From: Fidelibacterota bacterium
GTDB taxonomy: Bacteria > Fidelibacterota > Marinisomatia > Marinisomatales > UBA1611
Direction of reading: 5' to 3'
DNA: 64,000 bases
Assembly (NCBI GenBank): GCA_018658715.1
Contig: JABHUQ010000034.1
Location: forward strand, 86,230-150,229
Part shown: piece by piece, positions 59,447 to 64,000 of the stretch
Layout of the letters: the number at the start of each line of letters is the position of its first letter
Position numbering within the stretch: position 1 is the stretch's first letter
Position numbers and translations under genes: made by a program
Notes under the pieces: model-generated
The model's database searches: none
What the model saw: only the letters and a program-made list of their open reading frames with translations
Told to the model about the DNA's origin: nothing

Positions 59447-62290
59447 ATGAAACACACTTTTTCGCTGATCAGCCTATTGCTATTAGCAATGAGCTGTAAC
59501 CCCACAACGATTGAAAAAACACCCATGACCGAAAAAACCAACAAACACCCCCTTGACCAATCTAAAAGCAAAAAACTTATTTTAGATAATGGATTAAAAA
59601 TATTTTTATTATCAGACCCAAACTTTAATAAAGCATCCGCATCAATGAATGTTGATGTTGGTTCGCTTGAAAACCCAGAAGGGCGAGACGGTTTAGCGCA
59701 CTTTTTAGAACACATGCTATTTCTAGGGACAGAAAAATATCCAGATTCTGATGAATATGGTACTTATCTAAAATCAAATGGCGGGTATGCAAATGCATAT
59801 ACAGCAGGAGACCACACCAATTATCAGTTTGAAATCATACCCGATAAATTTGAAGGTGCAATTGATCGGTTCTCTCAATTTTTTATAGCACCATTATTTA
59901 CTGAGGAATACACTGAACGAGAAGTAAATGCGGTGAATTCTGAACATCAAAAAAACATCATGAATGATATGTGGCGTATGTTTAGAGTTACAAGCCAGTT
60001 TTTGAAAGATGGGCACCCAGAACAAAAATTTTCTACAGGAAATCTGGAAACACTTGGCACAATCTCTAGAGATGAATTGATTGAATTTTATAATACTTAT
60101 TATAGTTCAAACCGAATGACACTCGCCCTTTGCAGTCGACACAGTATTGATGAAATGGAAACGTGGGCAAAACAATATTTTTCATCCATTAAAAATCACA
60201 ACGCCGGAAAATTAACCTACCCGTCTGACTTATATGACAAAAAAGAAACATTTAGGCTTGTATCTATTGAACCCGTTAAAGATCTTCAAGATTTATATAT
60301 TTCCTTTCCCATTGCTTCAACTCGTCATCTTTATGAAAGTAAGCCGGGCCACGTTTTCGGGTTTGTGTTAGGGCACGAAGGAAAAGGAAGCCTCCTTTCC
60401 TATCTTAAATCTAAAGGGTGGGCGATTTCGTTAAGCGCAGGAGCGGGTTCAAGTGGGGATGATTATGGATGGATTAGAACACACATTGAGTTAACACCAA
60501 AAGGTGTATCTGAATATCGAGAAGTTATTAAAGCAACTTACTCATTTTTAAAACTAATGAAGGAAAACGGATATCCGTCTTTTGTTTTTCAAGAAATGAA
60601 AACAATTGCAGAGCTTGAGGAAATATATTCTGATAAAGGTGAAGGCGCCGGGCGAGCAGTTGGACTGGCTAACGAATTAAGTAATTATCCTTTTCAAGAT
60701 GTGGGCAGAATCAACTATATATACAGAAAAGAGTCTCCAGAAGCGTATTTAAATCTATTGTCACAGGCAACACTCGATAATATGTTATGTGTATTAATGG
60801 CAAAGGGTGTCAAGACCAACCAAACAGAACATTATTATCAGTCAAAATATTCATATATTGAGGATGTAGACTTTTATAATAAGCTTGGGGAAATACCAAT
60901 TTATGAAGAATTTGTATTTCCAGAACCCAACGATTTTATACCAAAAAATGCATCTATTCCTCAAAGAGAATTAAAAGAGAATATGCTTCCAGAATTAATA
61001 TTTGAAGACGATGGGATTCAACTTTATTTTGGACAAGATTACGAGTTTTTACGCCCCAAAGGTGTTATTAATTATAAAATTCGTTTCCCAAAATCAGATA
61101 TGAATATCAATAACAGAGTTCGCCTATCTCTTTATACAGCATGTGTAAAAGAATCTTTAAATGAACTAGCTTATCCCGCAAGAGGCGCTGGCTTATCGTA
61201 TAATATTTTTGATGGGTATGAAGGTTTATATCTTAATGTAAAAGGCTATAGTGAATCTGCACTTGCGCTCTATAAAGAAGTTATAAACCATATGGTTTCA
61301 TTTAATATTTCTGAAGAACAGTTTAATGCAATTAAGGATAATCTTATTCGAGATTATCAAAATTTCCCATTATCTGATGCTTGGAGAATAGCAAGAGAAC
61401 GAAACGCAGAAATCACTCAAAACATTAGATATAGTAAAGCCGATTTGCTTGAAAAAACTCAAGAACTTTCTTTTAATGATATTAAAATGTTTAATAAAAC
61501 CGTATTTAAAAAAACGTATATTGAGGGGTTTGTATATGGCGACCTTGAAAAAGAAATGGCAAAAGAATCAGCGGAGTATTTATTAACAAAAAGTAATACG
61601 AGCCCAGCAGATCGTCACGATGTTTTTGAAGTTTCTTTTTTAACCCACCCAGATGTGGAAGACATCACTCAGATTGAACAACTGGAAGTAAACAATTCTT
61701 GTTTTAATCAGCAGTATTATCTGGGGACAGACTCACCAGATACACGCGCAATTGGAGATATTATTACCCTAGCTACACAACAGCCATTTTATAACGAAAT
61801 GAGAACAAATCAACAATTAGGATATATTGTTTGGTCTTATGATACAAACTATGAAGAAGATCATGTTCTTATCTTTACAATTCAGTCCGGCACACACGAC
61901 GCATCAGACCTTCAGTCGAGAGCCAACGAGCTGATAGCAACACTTCCAGACTTTATAAAGAACCTTCCAGGTGATGCGTTTGAACAAATGAAACTTGCCG
62001 CCATTGAAAAACTAGAAGAAAAAGAAAAAAGCATTTCAAAACAAGCAGACAAATTAAAAACACTCATTTTTGAATATGACGCAGATTTCGAAAGAGATAA
62101 AAATACCATTGCCGCATTAAAAACATTAACAAAAACAGATGTAGAAACATCTATGAAAAAGGCTCTTGACCCAGGTTCAAGAAAAATGGTAACAAACCTT
62201 CTTTTTGCAAAAGAACATGAAAATTCAAAAAACGTTCAGCCTACATTTACAGATTTAAATCAGTGGAAAAAAACTCGCTCATATAAATAA
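59447..62290 (+). CDS. M16 (insulinase/pitrilysin-like) zinc peptidase, lipoprotein
   Basis: 947 aa. Lipobox LAMSC. Inverted Zn motif GLAHFLEHMLFLGTEKYP and NAYTAGDHTNY. Confidence 0.9.
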   Translation: MKHTFSLISLLLLAMSCNPTTIEKTPMTEKTNKHPLDQSKSKKLILDNGLKIFLLSDPNFNKASASMNVDVGSLENPEGRDGLAHFLEHMLFLGTEKYPDSDEYGTYLKSNGGYANAYTAGDHTNYQFEIIPDKFEGAIDRFSQFFIAPLFTEEYTEREVNAVNSEHQKNIMNDMWRMFRVTSQFLKDGHPEQKFSTGNLETLGTISRDELIEFYNTYYSSNRMTLALCSRHSIDEMETWAKQYFSSIKNHNAGKLTYPSDLYDKKETFRLVSIEPVKDLQDLYISFPIASTRHLYESKPGHVFGFVLGHEGKGSLLSYLKSKGWAISLSAGAGSSGDDYGWIRTHIELTPKGVSEYREVIKATYSFLKLMKENGYPSFVFQEMKTIAELEEIYSDKGEGAGRAVGLANELSNYPFQDVGRINYIYRKESPEAYLNLLSQATLDNMLCVLMAKGVKTNQTEHYYQSKYSYIEDVDFYNKLGEIPIYEEFVFPEPNDFIPKNASIPQRELKENMLPELIFEDDGIQLYFGQDYEFLRPKGVINYKIRFPKSDMNINNRVRLSLYTACVKESLNELAYPARGAGLSYNIFDGYEGLYLNVKGYSESALALYKEVINHMVSFNISEEQFNAIKDNLIRDYQNFPLSDAWRIARERNAEITQNIRYSKADLLEKTQELSFNDIKMFNKTVFKKTYIEGFVYGDLEKEMAKESAEYLLTKSNTSPADRHDVFEVSFLTHPDVEDITQIEQLEVNNSCFNQQYYLGTDSPDTRAIGDIITLATQQPFYNEMRTNQQLGYIVWSYDTNYEEDHVLIFTIQSGTHDASDLQSRANELIATLPDFIKNLPGDAFEQMKLAAIEKLEEKEKSISKQADKLKTLIFEYDADFERDKNTIAALKTLTKTDVETSMKKALDPGSRKMVTNLLFAKEHENSKNVQPTFTDLNQWKKTRSYK

Positions 62291-62749
62291 ATGCCAGATA
62301 AAATCATTCTCATTGCAGCTGTAACCGAAGATGGGTTTATTGCTAAAAATGAGAATGATAATTTATCTTGGACTCAAGATAAACATTTATTTAAACAACA
62401 AACCACCACATCAACCATAATTGTAGGTTCTGTCACCCGCTCTATCATAGGCGAAAATTTACCAGGTAGACAAAACATTGTTTTTCACCGATCAGACGAC
62501 CCAGCAAAAGTTCTGGAAACTATTTCCACAGAAATATGCTTTATTATTGGAGGGTCAAAAACATATACAACATTTCTCCCGTTTATTACCCACGCCTATC
62601 TAACGATTCATCCAATCGCGTTTGGGCGAGGAATTAAATTGTTAACCGGAGAATCGAAGCTACCAGAATTAATAAAATTAAAATCTATCCAGGTGCCCGG
62701 AGAAACAGGCTTATATCAAGATCAATATAAAGTATGTATAAAAAATTAA
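62291..62749 (+). CDS. folA: Dihydrofolate reductase-like protein
   Basis: 152 aa. Colinear by eye with E. coli FolA: IILIAAV..., LSWTQDKHLFKQQT (Asp retained), IIVGSVTRSIIGENLPGRQNIVF, FIIGGSKTYTTFLP...YLT. Confidence 0.7.
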   Translation: MPDKIILIAAVTEDGFIAKNENDNLSWTQDKHLFKQQTTTSTIIVGSVTRSIIGENLPGRQNIVFHRSDDPAKVLETISTEICFIIGGSKTYTTFLPFITHAYLTIHPIAFGRGIKLLTGESKLPELIKLKSIQVPGETGLYQDQYKVCIKN

Positions 62750-64000
62750 TAATAGCCATATATGTTTCTTCAATTTGTTTTTCTATGGATATTTATTCAG
62801 GAGGTCGCCTAACAAAACATCAAAGGAATATGGATGTTAAATCATACTCTATAAATCTTTCAGTAGACACAGACAATAAAGCGATTAGCGGTTTTGTAGA
62901 TATTAGTTTTAATATTAAGGATACAACAAAAACCACGATAGAAGTTGATTTGATTGAATCTTATTCGGTTGAGAAAGTGTTACTTAATAATAATAGTATC
63001 AGATTCAATCATAGAAACAATATTATTAGGATAAAAACAGCTACACTAGAACCATTAAATATTATTCGCATTTTTTATAACGGGAAACCACCCGCGGCCA
63101 GTAACCCACCCTGGGATGGGGGGTTTACATGGGAAACTGACTCACTTGGCTATCCATGGGTTGGTATATCCTGTCAAACGAATGGGGCCCATATTTGGTT
63201 TCCATGCATTGAACACCCAAGCGATGAAGCGGATAGCGCAGAAATCATTATTACCGTAGACAAACCACTTGTCGTAGGAGCCAACGGTTTACTTATTGAC
63301 TCCACATCAACAAACAACCAAACTACATGGCACTGGAAAACACAAAATACAATTAGCCCATATAATATTAATTTTACAATTGGGCGGTTTAACGTTGTTG
63401 AAAAAACCCTACCACTATACGAGCAAACATTGTTACAATATTTTGTTTTACCGGAGCACGAACCAGGCAGTGATTACATTATAAAAGAAGCTGAAAAATA
63501 TTTACATTTTTATGAATCTGTATTTGGCCCATACCCCTGGTCTAATGAAAAATTTGGTATGATTGAAACTCCATATTGGGGAATGGAACACCAAACTATT
63601 ATTGCATATGGAAATAATTATAAAGTAAGAGAGCCTGGCTATGACTTTTTATTACTCCACGAAATGGGTCATGAATGGTGGGGGAATTTTATAACAGTTC
63701 ACGATTGGGCGGATTTTTGGATTCATGAGGGAATAACTATTTACGCAGAAGCTTTATTTCTTGAAGAAACTTTTGGCAAAAAAGCATATCATGAATTTTT
63801 TCAAAATACAGTGCGGGGCAAAATCTCTAATAAAAAACCAATTGTCCCAAAGCGCAACGCAACATCTTTTAACGTAGGCGGACTAGACGTTTATTATAAA
63901 GGCGCAATGATGTTACATATGCTTCGATATCTTGAGGGAAAAGATGTCGTTTTGAAAATCTTGACTCAATTATTGTACTCTAAGAAAGAGCTACCCAACA
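62734..64000 (+). CDS. M1-family aminopeptidase (N-terminal about 420 aa; runs off window end)
   Basis: Absent from the ORF track because it has no stop in the window. My translation from ATG 62734 reads MYKKLIIAIYVSSICFSMD... In frame at 63658 it reads HEMGHEWWGNFITVHDWADFWIHEGITIYAE (HEXXH-X18-E). Confidence 0.85.
   Translation, partial: MYKKLIIAIYVSSICFSMDIYSGGRLTKHQRNMDVKSYSINLSVDTDNKAISGFVDISFNIKDTTKTTIEVDLIESYSVEKVLLNNNSIRFNHRNNIIRIKTATLEPLNIIRIFYNGKPPAASNPPWDGGFTWETDSLGYPWVGISCQTNGAHIWFPCIEHPSDEADSAEIIITVDKPLVVGANGLLIDSTSTNNQTTWHWKTQNTISPYNINFTIGRFNVVEKTLPLYEQTLLQYFVLPEHEPGSDYIIKEAEKYLHFYESVFGPYPWSNEKFGMIETPYWGMEHQTIIAYGNNYKVREPGYDFLLLHEMGHEWWGNFITVHDWADFWIHEGITIYAEALFLEETFGKKAYHEFFQNTVRGKISNKKPIVPKRNATSFNVGGLDVYYKGAMMLHMLRYLEGKDVVLKILTQLLYSKKELPN

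Overview
This 64 kb window looks like an origin-of-replication-proximal chromosomal segment from a low-GC Gram-negative bacterium. It carries hallmarks of the Fibrobacteres-Chlorobi-Bacteroidetes (FCB) group: type IX secretion (T9SS) C-terminal sorting domains, a PorV/PorQ-like barrel, and a CarboxypepD_reg-type TonB-dependent receptor. Shine-Dalgarno sites are present. I did no database search; every call comes from reading the ORF-track proteins and the DNA by eye.

I support about 50 CDS and found no rRNA, tRNA, CRISPR array, IS element, integrase, prophage or recognisable defence genes. Most of the window is core housekeeping.

Layout:
- 1-738 (-): metH 5' end, with a structured leader.
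- 1.1-4.4 kb (+): rng, rplU, rpmA, mdh.
- 4.6-9.7 kb (+): ECF sigma / anti-sigma operon with three beta-helical 'toastrack-like' envelope proteins.
- 9.7-10.7 kb (-): queG, followed by a decayed T9SS C-terminal-domain (CTD) relic.
- 11.0-26.7 kb (-): tightly packed surface/uptake locus. It holds a 1457-aa LTD (lamin-tail domain) + OB-fold T9SS cargo, a lipoprotein, a TonB receptor, a PorV-like barrel, an NHL propeller, four unknowns and a Nudix hydrolase.
- 26.9-28.2 kb (-): dnaA, divergent from rpmH-yidC-mnmE-mnmG-mfd and two SurA-like genes (+).
- 38.7-39.1 kb: a 394-bp AT-rich region rich in DnaA boxes.
- 39.1-47.2 kb (+): dnaN, recF, DUF721/DciA-like, gyrB, gyrA, yggS.
- 47.6-49.9 kb (+): CHASE2 nucleotidyl cyclase.
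- 50.0-52.7 kb: psuG (-) and a MATE transporter (+).
- 52.8-56.9 kb (+): two-gene NifJ-type 2-oxoacid:ferredoxin oxidoreductase and a GNAT.
- 56.9-64.0 kb (+): secreted-peptidase cluster (metzincin-like, M16, folA-like, M1).

The items most worth a second look are:
- the LTD/OB-fold cargo + TonB locus;
- the ECF/toastrack/Omp85-fusion operon;
- the split dnaA/dnaN origin architecture with two DnaA-box clusters;
- a perfect 14-bp palindrome that brackets mnmG;
- a riboswitch-like metH leader.

None of these can be confirmed as a novel system from sequence inspection alone.
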